Below, in pieces: positions 50,819-61,525 of a stretch of 64,000 nt of DNA (position 1 is the first letter of the stretch; every line of letters starts with the position of its first letter). Source of the stretch: an uncultured Coriobacteriia bacterium (lineage in GTDB: Bacteria > Actinomycetota > Coriobacteriia > Anaerosomatales > PALSA-660); NCBI GenBank assembly GCA_963695385.1, contig OY968780.1, forward strand, positions 263,321-327,320. Direction: 5' to 3'. The position numbers and the translations under genes are program-made. The notes under the pieces were generated by a model, which did no database searches, was not told the DNA's origin, and saw only the letters and a list, made by a program, of their open reading frames with translations.

Positions 50819-52165
50819 ATGGGCAAGAGCGTTCTGATCGCCGATGACGAGAAGAATATGCGATGGGTGCTCGGAGAGTCGTTGACCGCCGCCGGCTACG
50901 ACATCGTCGAAGCCGCGGACGGCAAGGAGGCATTGGCCGCGGTCAAGGAGGCCGAGCCCGATCTCATGGTGCTCGATCACAAGATGCCGAGACCTGACGG
51001 CATGGAGGTGCTTCGCCGCATCAGAGCTGACGGGCACACCTTCCCGATCATCATGCTCACCGCGCACGGAAACGTAGCGACCGCCGTCGAGGCGATGAAG
51101 GCCGGCGCGACCGAGTACGTGACCAAGCCGTTCGACCTCGAGGAACTGAAGCTCGCCATCGAGAAGTCGATCCGCATCGGAGACCTGTCCGCCGAAGTGG
51201 AGCGCCTGCGCGCCGAGCTGGACCGGGACTGGGACATCGACGGGATCGTGGCGGCGGACCAACACATGGTCGATGTTCTGTCCGCGGTGCAGAGGGTCGC
51301 CCCGACGACCGCCACAGTGATGGTTTACGGCGAATCCGGGACCGGGAAGGAGCTCGTGGCGAGGGCGATCCATCGTCTATCCCCCCGGTCGGGGAGGCCG
51401 TTCGTGGACGTCCACGCGGGAGCGCTGCCCGAGACTCTTCTGGAAAGCGAGCTGTTCGGGTTCGAGAAGGGCGCGTTCACGGGCGCTCTGACGGCGAAGC
51501 CCGGCCGCTTCGAGATGGCCAATGGCGGGACTCTGTTTCTCGACGAGGTGGGTGACATCTCGCTGGCCGTCCAGGCCAAGCTGCTGCGCGTGCTTCAGGA
51601 GCGCCGGTTCGAACGCCTCGGGGGTACTCGGAGCATAGAGGTCGACGTGCGCGTGGTGGCCGCCACGAACCGCGATCTCCAGCAGATGATCGTGGACGGG
51701 GCGTTCCGTGAGGATCTCTTCTACAGGCTCAATGTCGTGCCGATCACCCTGCCTCCGCTGAGGAAGCGTCCGGGCGACATCCCGCTGCTGGTCGCCCACT
51801 TCCTGGACAAGTACCAGGCCGGGCGCCGCACGTTCACGTCAGAGGCCACGAACATGCTGGTCCAGTACTCGTGGCCCGGCAACATCCGCGAACTCGAGAA
51901 CACGATCGAGCGGATCCTGATCCTCGCGCAGGGTGAAGAGATCGGCACGGCCGATCTCCCGGCCGAGGTTCGCAGCGGCTCGATCTCCGCCACCGCGAAG
52001 CCGGTCTTCGTCCTTCCGGACGAAGGCTGCAACCTTGAGGAGGTCGAGATGGAACTGGTGCGGCAAGCTCTCGACCGTTCGGGCGGGAGCGTCGCCAAGG
52101 CCGCCAAGCTGGTCGGGCTGACGCCCAAGACCCTCGAGGTGCGGATGCAGAGGCTCGGACTCTAG
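50819..52165 (+). CDS. Sigma-54-dependent response regulator (REC + AAA+ bEBP + Fis HTH), NtrC-like
   Basis: '[14 protein letters not shown]', Walker A 'GESGTGKE', the sigma-54 contact loop '[10 protein letters not shown]', 'LFLDEVG', and the HTH '[19 protein letters not shown]'. Confidence 0.95.
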   Translation: MGKSVLIADDEKNMRWVLGESLTAAGYDIVEAADGKEALAAVKEAEPDLMVLDHKMPRPDGMEVLRRIRADGHTFPIIMLTAHGNVATAVEAMKAGATEYVTKPFDLEELKLAIEKSIRIGDLSAEVERLRAELDRDWDIDGIVAADQHMVDVLSAVQRVAPTTATVMVYGESGTGKELVARAIHRLSPRSGRPFVDVHAGALPETLLESELFGFEKGAFTGALTAKPGRFEMANGGTLFLDEVGDISLAVQAKLLRVLQERRFERLGGTRSIEVDVRVVAATNRDLQQMIVDGAFREDLFYRLNVVPITLPPLRKRPGDIPLLVAHFLDKYQAGRRTFTSEATNMLVQYSWPGNIRELENTIERILILAQGEEIGTADLPAEVRSGSISATAKPVFVLPDEGCNLEEVEMELVRQALDRSGGSVAKAAKLVGLTPKTLEVRMQRLGL

Positions 52166-52211
52166 GGTTGCCAGAACTCCGTCGACTTGTCCTGCCGGGG
52201 GTGCGGAGCAT

Positions 52212-52227
52212 TGGCACGTGCCTTGCA
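52212..52227 (+). promoter_or_regulatory. Canonical sigma-54 -24/-12 promoter
   Basis: TGGCAC-GTGCC-TTGCA is a perfect match to TGGCAC-N5-TTGCA. It lies 46 bp after the bEBP stop and 51 bp before GTG 52278. Confidence 0.75.
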
Positions 52228-52277
52228 ATTCGTAACGCATCGGTCAGGTCCGCGGCGCGAGATGAGAGGCAGGTGCG

Positions 52278-52628
52278 GTGCGAAGCGATGTGCGCAAGAT
52301 CGTGCTCGCCGTACTCCTCTGCTTGGTTCTCCTCGGCGCCGCTTTGGTGTCATGGGCCATGTGCAACGGCAGCATCAACGGCCAAGGATGCACGGCGGCC
52401 ACGCCGCTTGGTTGGACGATCCCTATCGCATCCCTGATCGTGATCCCCGGTGTGGCTTGGCTCCTGCTGTCGAAGACGCCCGATGACCCTTCCGACGGGG
52501 CCGCTGCGCACAGCCTCGGGTGCCCTTCCTGCGGGCGTGTGCTGCTCGACGGCTGGCGGATATGCCCGTATTGCGGCAAGACTCTTGGTGTGGAACGGGC
52601 GACCGGGGGCGAAGAGGTCGTCACGTAG
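52278..52628 (+). CDS. Small two-TM protein with C-terminal zinc-ribbon (CxxC...CxxC)
   Basis: Hydrophobic segments 'IVLAVLLCLVLLGAALV' and 'IPIASLIVIPGVAWLLL', then 'CPSCGRVLLDGWRICPYCG'. Confidence 0.55.
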   Translation: MRSDVRKIVLAVLLCLVLLGAALVSWAMCNGSINGQGCTAATPLGWTIPIASLIVIPGVAWLLLSKTPDDPSDGAAAHSLGCPSCGRVLLDGWRICPYCGKTLGVERATGGEEVVT

Positions 52629-52665
52629 TCCATCGGTCCTCTGATGCGCCGGACAGGAAACACAG

Positions 52666-53970
52666 ATGTCGCTGACCTACACCGCGTACCTTCTTCTCGG
52701 CTTGGCCACCAGCCTGCATTGCATAGGCATGTGCGGCGGCCTGGTACTCACTTACTCGGTGAAGCATGACGGGCACGGCGGGTTCTTTCGCAGGTTGGCG
52801 CCGCATCTCGCCTACCAAGGCTCCAAGATGCTGAGCTACATGGTGGTGGCTCTCCTGCTCGGTTCAGTCGCCGCGGCGCTTGGCGGCGCGTTCGATCTCA
52901 CGACCGCGCGCAACTGGATCATGCTGGTCGCCGGCGTGTACATGGTGCTTCTGGGACTCGGCATGACCGGCTACTTCCCGTGGCTCGGGCATCTGAGCCC
53001 CAGACCTCCCAAGTTCCTCACGAAGCTCCTGTCCGCGAACCGGAAGCGCGCCCTGGCGGACTCGAAGCACGGTGAGGTCCACTATGCCACCCCCGTGACC
53101 TTCGGGCTGCTGACCGGACTGTTGCCCTGCGCGCCCCTGATCACCGCGCAGGTGGGCGCGATCTCCTCCGGCTCGCCGCTCACCGGGGCGCTTCTCATGG
53201 CAGCGTTCGCCCTGGGGACGGCACCGCTCATGATCGTCTTCGGACTGGCGTCCAGTTTCGCATCCGGGGCCATGCGTCAGCGGATGCAGTACGTGGCGGC
53301 CGTCGCCGTCGTGATCTTCGGTCTGGTCATCTTCAACCGCGGACTCATGCTCGTGGGCTCGCCGGTCACGTTCGACACCGTGCGCCGGGCCGTCGCGGGA
53401 GACGCGCCGAAGGCAGGCCAGAAGTGGCGAGTCGTGGACGGCGTGGCCGTCTACGACCTGGTCATCAGGGACGTGGAATTCGTCCCCAGCGTGGTGAGGG
53501 TTCCTGCCGACAGGCCCGTGCGGCTCGTCGTCGATCGCCAGGAGGACAACGCGTGCTCCGATCAGATTGCCATCCCGCGTATGGGCGTGCTGGTCAACCT
53601 GGCTCCGAACGCCAAGACCACGGTGAACCTCCCTGCGACCGCGGCGGGTTCGTATACGCTCACTTGCGGCATGGGGATGATGGCGGGGCGGATCATCTTC
53701 GGGGGAGGCGGAACCGGCCCGACTATATGGATGTGGGTCCTGGGATTGGGCGCGATCGCCGCGATGGGCGTCATCTGGGTGCGGGCGGTCCGACGACACC
53801 GCGTGACCCAGGCAGGCGGTGGGGGCAACGGCAAGCGTCCCCGGTCGTCCGACAAGACGTCTCCGGGCGTCTTCTTCGGCTTCACCGCGGTGGAGACGGC
53901 GCTGTTGATCGGCGGGGTCACTACCGCGATAGTGGCCGGTCTGGTGCTTGGAGGAGTGTTGGGGCGCTGA
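52666..53970 (+). CDS. Fusion of a DsbD_2/TauE-like polytopic membrane domain (HCxxMCG) with a cupredoxin-like domain and C-terminal TM helices
   Basis: N-terminus 'LGLATSLHCIGMCGGLV'. Cupredoxin-like part 'VIRDVEFVPSVVRVPADRPVRLVV...AAGSYTLTCGMGMMAGRIIF'. Two further hydrophobic helices at the end. Confidence 0.65.
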   Translation: MSLTYTAYLLLGLATSLHCIGMCGGLVLTYSVKHDGHGGFFRRLAPHLAYQGSKMLSYMVVALLLGSVAAALGGAFDLTTARNWIMLVAGVYMVLLGLGMTGYFPWLGHLSPRPPKFLTKLLSANRKRALADSKHGEVHYATPVTFGLLTGLLPCAPLITAQVGAISSGSPLTGALLMAAFALGTAPLMIVFGLASSFASGAMRQRMQYVAAVAVVIFGLVIFNRGLMLVGSPVTFDTVRRAVAGDAPKAGQKWRVVDGVAVYDLVIRDVEFVPSVVRVPADRPVRLVVDRQEDNACSDQIAIPRMGVLVNLAPNAKTTVNLPATAAGSYTLTCGMGMMAGRIIFGGGGTGPTIWMWVLGLGAIAAMGVIWVRAVRRHRVTQAGGGGNGKRPRSSDKTSPGVFFGFTAVETALLIGGVTTAIVAGLVLGGVLGR

Positions 53971-54090
53971 CGCACACCGAACCCGCGCGAACGGTGCGCT
54001 CAGGCGGCACGCGATTCGCTCATCGGCGGTGATAGCATTCTTGGGAACGATCTCGCCGGGCGAGGCGGGTCCTAAGCAAGGGAGGCTCAG

Positions 54091-54312
54091 ATGTCTGAGA
54101 CCACGGTAAGGCTCAAGACCACGGGCATGCACTGCAATTCGTGCTCGATGCTCGTGCAGATGACAGTGGAGGACCTGCCGGGAGTCGCGGCCGTCAAGGC
54201 CGACTTCCCGACGGGGATCACCGAGGTGACCTACGACCCGGACGTGCTGGAAGTCTCGCAGATAATCGACGCGGTGGTTGGCGCCGGGTACGGAGCAGAG
54301 GTCGCCGCCTAG
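54091..54312 (+). CDS. copZ: HMA-domain copper chaperone (CopZ-like)
   Basis: 73 aa, '[16 protein letters not shown]...'. Confidence 0.9.
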   Translation: MSETTVRLKTTGMHCNSCSMLVQMTVEDLPGVAAVKADFPTGITEVTYDPDVLEVSQIIDAVVGAGYGAEVAA

Positions 54313-54328
54313 TCACGAGAGGCAAGAG

Positions 54329-57268
54329 ATGCCGGAACCATCGGGCAGGAGCGTACTCACGCCGAGCAGGATCGTAGTGACACGGCGTGTCGAAGGCATG
54401 CACTGCGGTTCGTGCGAGAAGACGCTGGTCGACATCCTGATGCGCATCGACGGGGTGGAGTCCGCCGCGGCCGATTCGCAGGCTGGCTTGGTGAAGGTCT
54501 GGCTGGATCCAGAGCGCGTGAGCGACGACGACGTACTGGTCGCCGTCATCGACGCCGGGTTCAAGCCCGGCGACGTCATGTCTCGCGAGCCGTTCGAGGG
54601 TCCCGCCCCGGAACCGGGGCAGCGTATCCCGTCGGCGGGCGAGTCGGGCGAGAAGGAGGCCACGTTCGCGGTCACGGGCATGACGTGCGCGTCTTGTTCG
54701 GCCGTGATCGAGAAGGTGCTCTCACGCAAGCCCGGGGTCAGCGAGGCCGTGGTCAACCTCGCGGCGGAGAAGCTGACCGTTCGCTTCGACAGTGCCGTCA
54801 CAGACAGTGAAGCCATAGTCACCGCGGTCGAGGCGGCCGGCTACGGCGCCACGCCGTTGGCGGCTGAGAAGGGGAGTGCGGCAGGCGGGAGGGTGACCCT
54901 CGCCATCACAGGGATGACCTGTGCTTCGTGCTCCGCGGTCATCGAGAAGACGTTGCAGCGTCTCCCGGGAGTGGCTTCGGCGACGGTGAACCTGGCGATG
55001 GAGACGGCGGTGGTCGAGTTCGACCCGACCGTGCTGGGTCCCGACGAGCTGATATCGGCGGTCAAGCGAGCCGGGTATGGGGCCACGCTCAAGGTCGAGC
55101 AGGGCGGTCCGATGGCGGGCGGCGAGGACGACGCACAGAAGGTCGCCCAGGAGGCCTACCATCGCCACCAGCGCTTCCTGCTCATCTTCAGCGCCTCGTT
55201 CGCGATACCGCTGTTCCTGATCGCGATGGTGGAGCCGTTCATGTCGGCCGTGCCCACGATCGTGGCCGGATGGTTCGGCATCCGATCCTCCGGGATGATG
55301 GGCGGCGCGGCCTCCATGGGCGGCGATCCGGTCGCGCAGATCCACAAGTACATCATGCTGGCACTCGCCTTGCCGGTGCAGGTCTACGCGGGTGCGCAGT
55401 ACTACCGCGGATTCTGGCACGCCATCCAGCGGCGCACCGGCAACATGGACACTCTGATCGCGATCGGCACCTCCGCGGCGTTCGCCTATTCGCTGGCGGC
55501 CACTTTCGTGCCGTCGCTCAGCGGCCAGCCGGTCTTCTACGAGACGTCCGCTCTGCTGATCACGTTCGTTCTGCTGGGCAAGTACCTCGAGGCCCGCGCC
55601 AAGGGCAAGACGTCCGACGCCATAAAGAAGCTGATGGGCTTGGCCGCCAAGACCGCGCGCGTCCTGCGCGGCGGCGACGAGGTCGACATCCCCGTCGAGC
55701 AAGTGGTCGTCGGCGACCTGGTCGTGGTGCGCCCCGGCGACAAGGTCCCCGTGGACGGCGTCCTCACCGAGGGTTCCTCGGCCGTGGACGAGGCCATGCT
55801 CACGGGGGAGCCGATACCCGTGGAGAAGAACGTCGGCGACACGGTAATCGGCGCCACCATCAACAAGCTCGGTTCCTTCAGGTTCCGCGCGACCAAGGTC
55901 GGTTCGGACACGGCGCTCGCGCAGATAGTGAAGCTGGTGGAGGATGCGCAGGCTTCCAAGGCGCCGGTCCAGCGCTTCGCCGACCGCATCAGCGCTGTGT
56001 TCGTCCCCGGTGTGATCGGCGCCTCCCTTCTCACGTTCGTCTTCTGGTTCTTCGCCGGGCCGGCGCTCTTCGGCGCCAAGCCGGACGCCGCGAACGCGTT
56101 CATCCTGTTCGAGCCCGTTCTGGTTCTCGCGGCCAACAACGGGTGGCTTGTCGCTTCGCTGCTGGCAGCCACGGCGGTCGTGGTCATCGCCTGCCCGTGC
56201 GCGCTCGGCTTGGCGACTCCGACGGCGATCATGGTCGGCACGGGCAAGGGCGCGGAGAACGGGATCCTGATAAAGAGCGGCGGTGCGCTCGAGACGGCGT
56301 ACAAGCTCACCGCCGTCGTGTTCGACAAGACCGGCACTCTGACGCACGGGACGCCCGTGGTCACCGACGTGGAGCTGATGGACGGTCATGACATCGATCG
56401 CATGCTTACTTTCGCTGCCGCGCTCGAGAAGTCCAGCGAGCATCCGCTGGCTGAGGCGATCGTCGCCCACGCGGCGGCGCAGGGAGTCGAATTCCCGCCC
56501 GTCGAGGGGTTCTCCGCCGTGCCCGGCCATGGGGTCGAGGGATCCGTGGACGGTCATCGTGTCGCGCTGGGCAATCGCAAGCTGATGGCTCGCGAGGGGA
56601 TCGACGTCAGCGCTCACGAATCACGCATACGGGAACTCGAGGAGCAGGGCAAGACGGTCATGCTCGTGGGCATGAACGGCAAGAAGGCCGCCGGGCTGAT
56701 CGCGGTGGCGGACACGCTGAAGGACAACTCCCGCGAGGCGGTGTCGCGCTTGAGCGCGATGGGCGTCGAAGTGTACATGATCACCGGCGACAACCATCGA
56801 ACGGCCGCGGCGGTGGCGCAGCAGGCGGGGATACCGGCCGATCACGTGCTGGCCGACGTTCTTCCGGAGCACAAGGCCGAGGAGGTCGCAAGACTCCAGA
56901 AGGACGGCAAGGTCGTGGCCATGGTCGGCGACGGCATCAACGACACGCCCGCACTCGCGCAGGCCGACGTCGGTATCGCCATGGGTGCGGGGACCGACGT
57001 GGCCATGGAGACCGGCGATGTCGTGCTCATCCGCAACGACCTGCGGGACGCCGTGAGCGCCATCGAGCTGTCGCGCGCGACCATGCGCAAGATCCACCAG
57101 AACTTCGCCTGGGCGCTCGGCTACAACACGATCCTGATCCCGGTCGCCGCCGTCGGTCTTCTCTCGCCCTTCCCCTGGGTCGCCGGCGCCGCCATGGCGG
57201 CCTCGTCCGTGAGCGTAGTGTCCAACTCGCTGCTGCTTCGTGGGTTCAGACCGTCGTTGGTGCGCTAG
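54329..57268 (+). CDS. copA: Cu(I)-translocating P1B-1 ATPase with three N-terminal HMA domains
   Basis: HMA motifs 'GMHCGSC' and 'GMTCASC' twice. Also '[12 protein letters not shown]', 'DKTGTLT', '[10 protein letters not shown]', TM7 'LGYNTILIP' and TM8 '[13 protein letters not shown]'. Confidence 0.95.
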   Translation: MPEPSGRSVLTPSRIVVTRRVEGMHCGSCEKTLVDILMRIDGVESAAADSQAGLVKVWLDPERVSDDDVLVAVIDAGFKPGDVMSREPFEGPAPEPGQRIPSAGESGEKEATFAVTGMTCASCSAVIEKVLSRKPGVSEAVVNLAAEKLTVRFDSAVTDSEAIVTAVEAAGYGATPLAAEKGSAAGGRVTLAITGMTCASCSAVIEKTLQRLPGVASATVNLAMETAVVEFDPTVLGPDELISAVKRAGYGATLKVEQGGPMAGGEDDAQKVAQEAYHRHQRFLLIFSASFAIPLFLIAMVEPFMSAVPTIVAGWFGIRSSGMMGGAASMGGDPVAQIHKYIMLALALPVQVYAGAQYYRGFWHAIQRRTGNMDTLIAIGTSAAFAYSLAATFVPSLSGQPVFYETSALLITFVLLGKYLEARAKGKTSDAIKKLMGLAAKTARVLRGGDEVDIPVEQVVVGDLVVVRPGDKVPVDGVLTEGSSAVDEAMLTGEPIPVEKNVGDTVIGATINKLGSFRFRATKVGSDTALAQIVKLVEDAQASKAPVQRFADRISAVFVPGVIGASLLTFVFWFFAGPALFGAKPDAANAFILFEPVLVLAANNGWLVASLLAATAVVVIACPCALGLATPTAIMVGTGKGAENGILIKSGGALETAYKLTAVVFDKTGTLTHGTPVVTDVELMDGHDIDRMLTFAAALEKSSEHPLAEAIVAHAAAQGVEFPPVEGFSAVPGHGVEGSVDGHRVALGNRKLMAREGIDVSAHESRIRELEEQGKTVMLVGMNGKKAAGLIAVADTLKDNSREAVSRLSAMGVEVYMITGDNHRTAAAVAQQAGIPADHVLADVLPEHKAEEVARLQKDGKVVAMVGDGINDTPALAQADVGIAMGAGTDVAMETGDVVLIRNDLRDAVSAIELSRATMRKIHQNFAWALGYNTILIPVAAVGLLSPFPWVAGAAMAASSVSVVSNSLLLRGFRPSLVR

Positions 57269-57278
57269 ACTGCTGGGT

Positions 57279-58007
57279 ATGACCGGTCAGGTGGGCATGG
57301 CGGCGGCGTTCGGAGCGGGATTGATCTCGTTCCTGTCTCCGTGTGTCCTGCCGCTGATCCCCGCGTACGTCTCCTTCATGACTGGGATGTCTCTCGCCGA
57401 ACTCACGGATGGTGACAGACGGAGTTGGCGCATCCTCGGTCCCGTACTCCTGTTCGTGGCCGGGTTCTCGGTCATGTTCGTGGCGCTGGGTGCCGGCGCC
57501 TCCGTCCTCGGCGCTCTGCTCAACGCCAACCGCATTCTGCTGACGCGCGTGGCCGGCGTCGTGATGATGCTGCTCGGAGTCATCCTGCTCGACGTGGTGC
57601 GGATCCCGTGGTTGGGAGGCGGACGCGGAGTGGACGCGGCCTCCTTCAGGAAGTTCGGGCCGATGGCGTCGTTCGCGTTCGGCCTCGCTTTCCCGTTCGC
57701 CGTCGGTCCGTGTGCCGGGCCGGTGTACGGGGCGATCCTGACACTGGCGGTGGACAGCCGCAGCGTCGGCACGGGAGCGCTGCTTCTGTTCATCTACTCG
57801 GTCGGGCTCGCCCTGCCGTTCATCGCCGTGAGCCTGTTGCTGGATCGCCTCACCGGGACCATGCGCTGGCTCTCGCGTCACTCGGTACTGATCCGGCGAT
57901 TCGCCGGAGCCGTGTTGATCGTGATGGGGCTGGCGATGGTGACCGGGGTGATAGATCAGGTCTCCAGGCTGCTGCAGTCGTTGCCGGTGATCGGCACGAT
58001 AGGCTGA
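57279..58007 (+). CDS. ccdA: CcdA/DsbD-family thiol-disulfide electron-transfer membrane protein
   Basis: 'FLSPCVLPLIPAYVSF' and a second Cys 'AVGPCAGPVYGAIL'. Confidence 0.88.
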   Translation: MTGQVGMAAAFGAGLISFLSPCVLPLIPAYVSFMTGMSLAELTDGDRRSWRILGPVLLFVAGFSVMFVALGAGASVLGALLNANRILLTRVAGVVMMLLGVILLDVVRIPWLGGGRGVDAASFRKFGPMASFAFGLAFPFAVGPCAGPVYGAILTLAVDSRSVGTGALLLFIYSVGLALPFIAVSLLLDRLTGTMRWLSRHSVLIRRFAGAVLIVMGLAMVTGVIDQVSRLLQSLPVIGTIG

Positions 58008-58225
58008 GTGCCTGTGAGGCCGGCCCGCTCGGACAAGCGCGCGTGATGTCGACGGGGCGCGTACTCTAGGATGCGAACGTCTCTTCCACCGAACGGCGTG
58101 GGGGGTCTTGGGTGATGACCGGACGCACACGTCCGCGTGGTGTCGCGAGGCAGATGGCCGGGGCGACGCTGGTGGCCGGGGTACTCGAACTGAGGCGGGC
58201 AAGCCCTCGCGGCCTGGCCAGAAAG

Positions 58226-61200
58226 ATGGCCGTCTTCACGTTGGGTGTCGCTCTCATGATCTCTCTCCTGGTGGGCGGCATCTCGGCGCTGGAGGTCTAC
58301 AACCTCAACCGGCGGGAGGACGCCAGCCTCGCGGCCGTCTACCGGAAGATGCTTGCCGGGGACGTCTCCGAGCATCTCCTGCAGGCGCGGCGAACGATAG
58401 ACTCCATTGCCAAGCCGGGGGGTTTGGATCGCCACCCGGGTGAGACGATCGATGCCGCGCTCGCGCGCTCCTCAACCCCGATCGCCGACCACCTCGAGGG
58501 TGTGGCTCTTATCGACGCTTCGGGGACTGTCATGGCATCCTCCCGAAGGGAGGAGTTCCCGCGGTCTCTGGCCGGGACTCCGCTCATGCCGGCCGGCCAC
58601 GCCGAGTCGGATGCGCGATTCGTCATGTGGCGCAGTCAGGCTGCGAGGGACGAGACCGCTCTCTGGATCACGCGGTCATTTCAGGACCGCTCCGGTGGGG
58701 CCGTCGCGGTGGTCGGCCGAGTCCGAGTCGCCGACATCTACTCTCTGGCGGACTCGGTCGCGGCTGGGACTTGGCATCGCGCGGCCTTGCTGGTGGGCCC
58801 GGGCGGATCGATCATCCACGGAGCATGGGGCGGCTCCCGTATCGCGTCTTCCTCGATCGTCTATTCGCCGATCCCGGGCCAGAAGATCGACGGCCTGGCA
58901 GTCGCCGACACGCAGGCCCGCGGCCGGATGGCCGGCTCTTGGGAGGACGTGACGGCGGCGCCCGAGCTCGGCTGGCGGGTAGTCGTTCTCGAGTCCGAGT
59001 ATGAGGCGCTTGCCCGCGCTCGCAGCGCTCTGAGGCCGTCGCTTTTCGCCACCGTCCTGGTCGCCGCGCTGGCCATCGCCGCGGCGCTGGTGTTCGGTCG
59101 ACGTCTGACGGCGCCACTCGCCGAGTTCGAGCGCCGGGCTCGCGAGATAGCCGCCGGAGGCTACGTCCGTCCGATGGAGCTGGATCGCACCGACGAACTC
59201 GGCCGACTGGCCGACGCGTTCGACCGCATAGGGGTTCGGCTGAACTCGCTGCAGGACATGGCCCAATTGCTCGCCAGCGCTCACGACCCGACCGAGGTCT
59301 ATGACGAGGTGCTGCAGGCGATAGGCCACCTGGTCGGGACCGGCGAGGCCGCAGTGCTGCTGGCGGACCCGGAAGACGCAAGACTCGTGCTGGTCCGGGG
59401 CCGCGGGCTGAGGGAACCCGACCTGCAGTTCACCGTCGCCTTTGACACGAACTCGCCGGTGGCTGTCGCCTACTCGGAAAGGCAGGAGGTCGTCTTCGAC
59501 GGGACCACCTCCGATGAGACGGCGTCCATTCTTCGCCTCTTCGATGCACAGCCCTCACGGTCCGGAGTCGCCATCCCGCTTATCGTCGGCGATGAGGCTC
59601 TCGGCGTGCTGGTCGCGCTCGCTCCGGGGCGCAGGCGCGTGACGCAGGCCCAGATCGAGACGCTGCGGGCATTCTCGGCTCAAGCCTCGGTCGCTGTGCG
59701 CCTGTCGCGTCTGTTCGAGCACGAACACGAGTCACGGGGAGAAGCCGAGGCGTTGCGAGAGGCCGCAGAGGTCATCGTCGAGGTCAGCGACCTGTCGAAG
59801 GCCCTCGGGCGCGTGGCCGGTGTCGCGGCCGATCTGTTGGGCATGACCGACAGCATGATCGCGCTGGACAACCGCGAAGAGTTCGGGATGGAGCCGGCCG
59901 AGGATCCTGAAGAGGAGCGGGCGCTGCTCGCACTCTGGCGGGAGCGCGCCGTCGGCGAAGCGGGTGACGCATCGGTCTTCGAACCGGCCGTCATCGAGCA
60001 CGCCCAGATAGCTCTCGGCGGACCGTCCGAGGCGGATACCGTACCGGCACACCAGGGTGCTCCCCGGGAGGAGAGCGGTTCGGCGGAACAGGCCCACAGG
60101 GACTTCGAGACTCTCATGTTGATCCCCCTCGTGCGCGCGGACCGCGTCAGGGGAGTGCTGGCACTCTCGGCATCCAAGCAGGATTCCACACCCGGGGCGA
60201 GGCACGTCGCACTGGCCGGCACTCTGGGCAGGGAGATATCGCTCGCTCTCGAGAACGCGGCGCTGCTTCAGGAAGCACGAGCAAGGGCGGCGAACCTCGA
60301 GACGGTCTTCCGCATCAGCCAGGCGGTGAGTTCCTCGCTGCAGATCAACGTGGTGCTGAACCGCGTGCTGGATGTCGTGCAGAAGATCTTCTCGGCGGAT
60401 GCCGTCACGCTCATGGCGTACGACCCGGTCAAGCGCACGATGGGCACTTCGATGGCTCGCGGGATCGCCAACCGGGAGTTCCTGTATCTGGAGGTCGCTC
60501 CCGGTGAGGATATCGCGGGGGCGGTCTTCGACACCCGGTCGCCGGTTCAGTACGGGGATCTGAGAGAGGTGGACACTCACATGGCGCGGCTGGCGATCGG
60601 TCAGGGGCTGCGGTCCGCGCTCGCTGTGCCGCTGCTCGCGCGTGGCCGCAGCATCGGCGTGTTGACCGCGCTAGATCGCCGCACGGACGCCTTCGTGGAC
60701 GAGGACATGGAGCTGCTGCTCACTTTCGCCAGCCAGGCGGCCCTCGCGATCGACACGGCCTCGCTCTACGGCCGGGAACATCACGTGGCCAGCGTGCTCC
60801 AGTCCTCGATACTTCCGGAGCGCCTTCCTGTCATGCGGGGTCTGGAGACGGGCAGCTTCTACCTCCCCGCGGGGATGGACGCCGAGATCGGCGGCGACTA
60901 CTACGACCTCTTCGCGACCGGAGACGGCAGTGCCGTCATCGCGATCGGAGACGTGTGCGGGAAGGGCGTCCAGGCGGCGACCAAGACCTCGATGATCAAG
61001 TACTTCCTGCGAGGGATGATCGCGGCAGGGGCCGGTCCCGGGCAGGCTCTGAGCGAACTCAACCGTATCGTATCGGGTACCGGCGATCCATCCGACATCG
61101 TCACGGCGTGGGTGGGGATAGTCGACCCCGCGAGAAGGTCGTTCCTGTACGCGGACGGCGGCCATCCTCCCGCGCTCCTGTATCGGCGATCGAGTCGTAA

Positions 61201-61525
61201 GTTCGAGCGTCTGGAAGCCACCGGGCCGCTTCTCGGAGCCATCGAGGACGCGCCGTACGACGAGAGGGTCATCCGGATCGAACCCGGGGATCTTCTTCTC
61301 ACGTACACCGACGGGGTCACCGAGGCCCGGCGCGGGAACCGCTTCTTCGGGGAAGGGCGGGTCCGACGGGTCATGCGCAGGTCCGAATCAGCCCAGGGCG
61401 CGGCTGACCAGCTGCTGGAGGCGGTGGCGAAGTTCTCCTCGGGCGTGATGCGTGACGATGCGGCCGTGCTGGCGATAAGGATCGTGGAGCCGCTTTCCCA
61501 GGATGAGGGGTTGGGCCAGTTATGA
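58226..61525 (+). CDS. Membrane sensor PP2C phosphatase (extracytoplasmic sensor + HAMP + GAF repeats + SpoIIE/RsbU-type PP2C)
   Basis: Two TM segments flank a region of about 280 aa. HAMP 'FERRAREIAAGGY...ELGRLADAFDRI'. There are GAF-like repeats. PP2C 'EIGGDYYDLF...IGDVCGKGVQAA...YADGGHPPALL...LLTYTDGVTEAR'. Start uncertain (the ORF opens at 58112). Confidence 0.85.
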   Translation: MAVFTLGVALMISLLVGGISALEVYNLNRREDASLAAVYRKMLAGDVSEHLLQARRTIDSIAKPGGLDRHPGETIDAALARSSTPIADHLEGVALIDASGTVMASSRREEFPRSLAGTPLMPAGHAESDARFVMWRSQAARDETALWITRSFQDRSGGAVAVVGRVRVADIYSLADSVAAGTWHRAALLVGPGGSIIHGAWGGSRIASSSIVYSPIPGQKIDGLAVADTQARGRMAGSWEDVTAAPELGWRVVVLESEYEALARARSALRPSLFATVLVAALAIAAALVFGRRLTAPLAEFERRAREIAAGGYVRPMELDRTDELGRLADAFDRIGVRLNSLQDMAQLLASAHDPTEVYDEVLQAIGHLVGTGEAAVLLADPEDARLVLVRGRGLREPDLQFTVAFDTNSPVAVAYSERQEVVFDGTTSDETASILRLFDAQPSRSGVAIPLIVGDEALGVLVALAPGRRRVTQAQIETLRAFSAQASVAVRLSRLFEHEHESRGEAEALREAAEVIVEVSDLSKALGRVAGVAADLLGMTDSMIALDNREEFGMEPAEDPEEERALLALWRERAVGEAGDASVFEPAVIEHAQIALGGPSEADTVPAHQGAPREESGSAEQAHRDFETLMLIPLVRADRVRGVLALSASKQDSTPGARHVALAGTLGREISLALENAALLQEARARAANLETVFRISQAVSSSLQINVVLNRVLDVVQKIFSADAVTLMAYDPVKRTMGTSMARGIANREFLYLEVAPGEDIAGAVFDTRSPVQYGDLREVDTHMARLAIGQGLRSALAVPLLARGRSIGVLTALDRRTDAFVDEDMELLLTFASQAALAIDTASLYGREHHVASVLQSSILPERLPVMRGLETGSFYLPAGMDAEIGGDYYDLFATGDGSAVIAIGDVCGKGVQAATKTSMIKYFLRGMIAAGAGPGQALSELNRIVSGTGDPSDIVTAWVGIVDPARRSFLYADGGHPPALLYRRSSRKFERLEATGPLLGAIEDAPYDERVIRIEPGDLLLTYTDGVTEARRGNRFFGEGRVRRVMRRSESAQGAADQLLEAVAKFSSGVMRDDAAVLAIRIVEPLSQDEGLGQL

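Noticed and set aside
52060-52211. Enhancer (UAS) palindromes for the NtrC-like activator upstream of the sigma-54 promoter
   Set aside because: I could not identify a convincing repeated or palindromic motif shared between this region and the region upstream of the rpoN promoter. It is left for experimental or PWM-based search.
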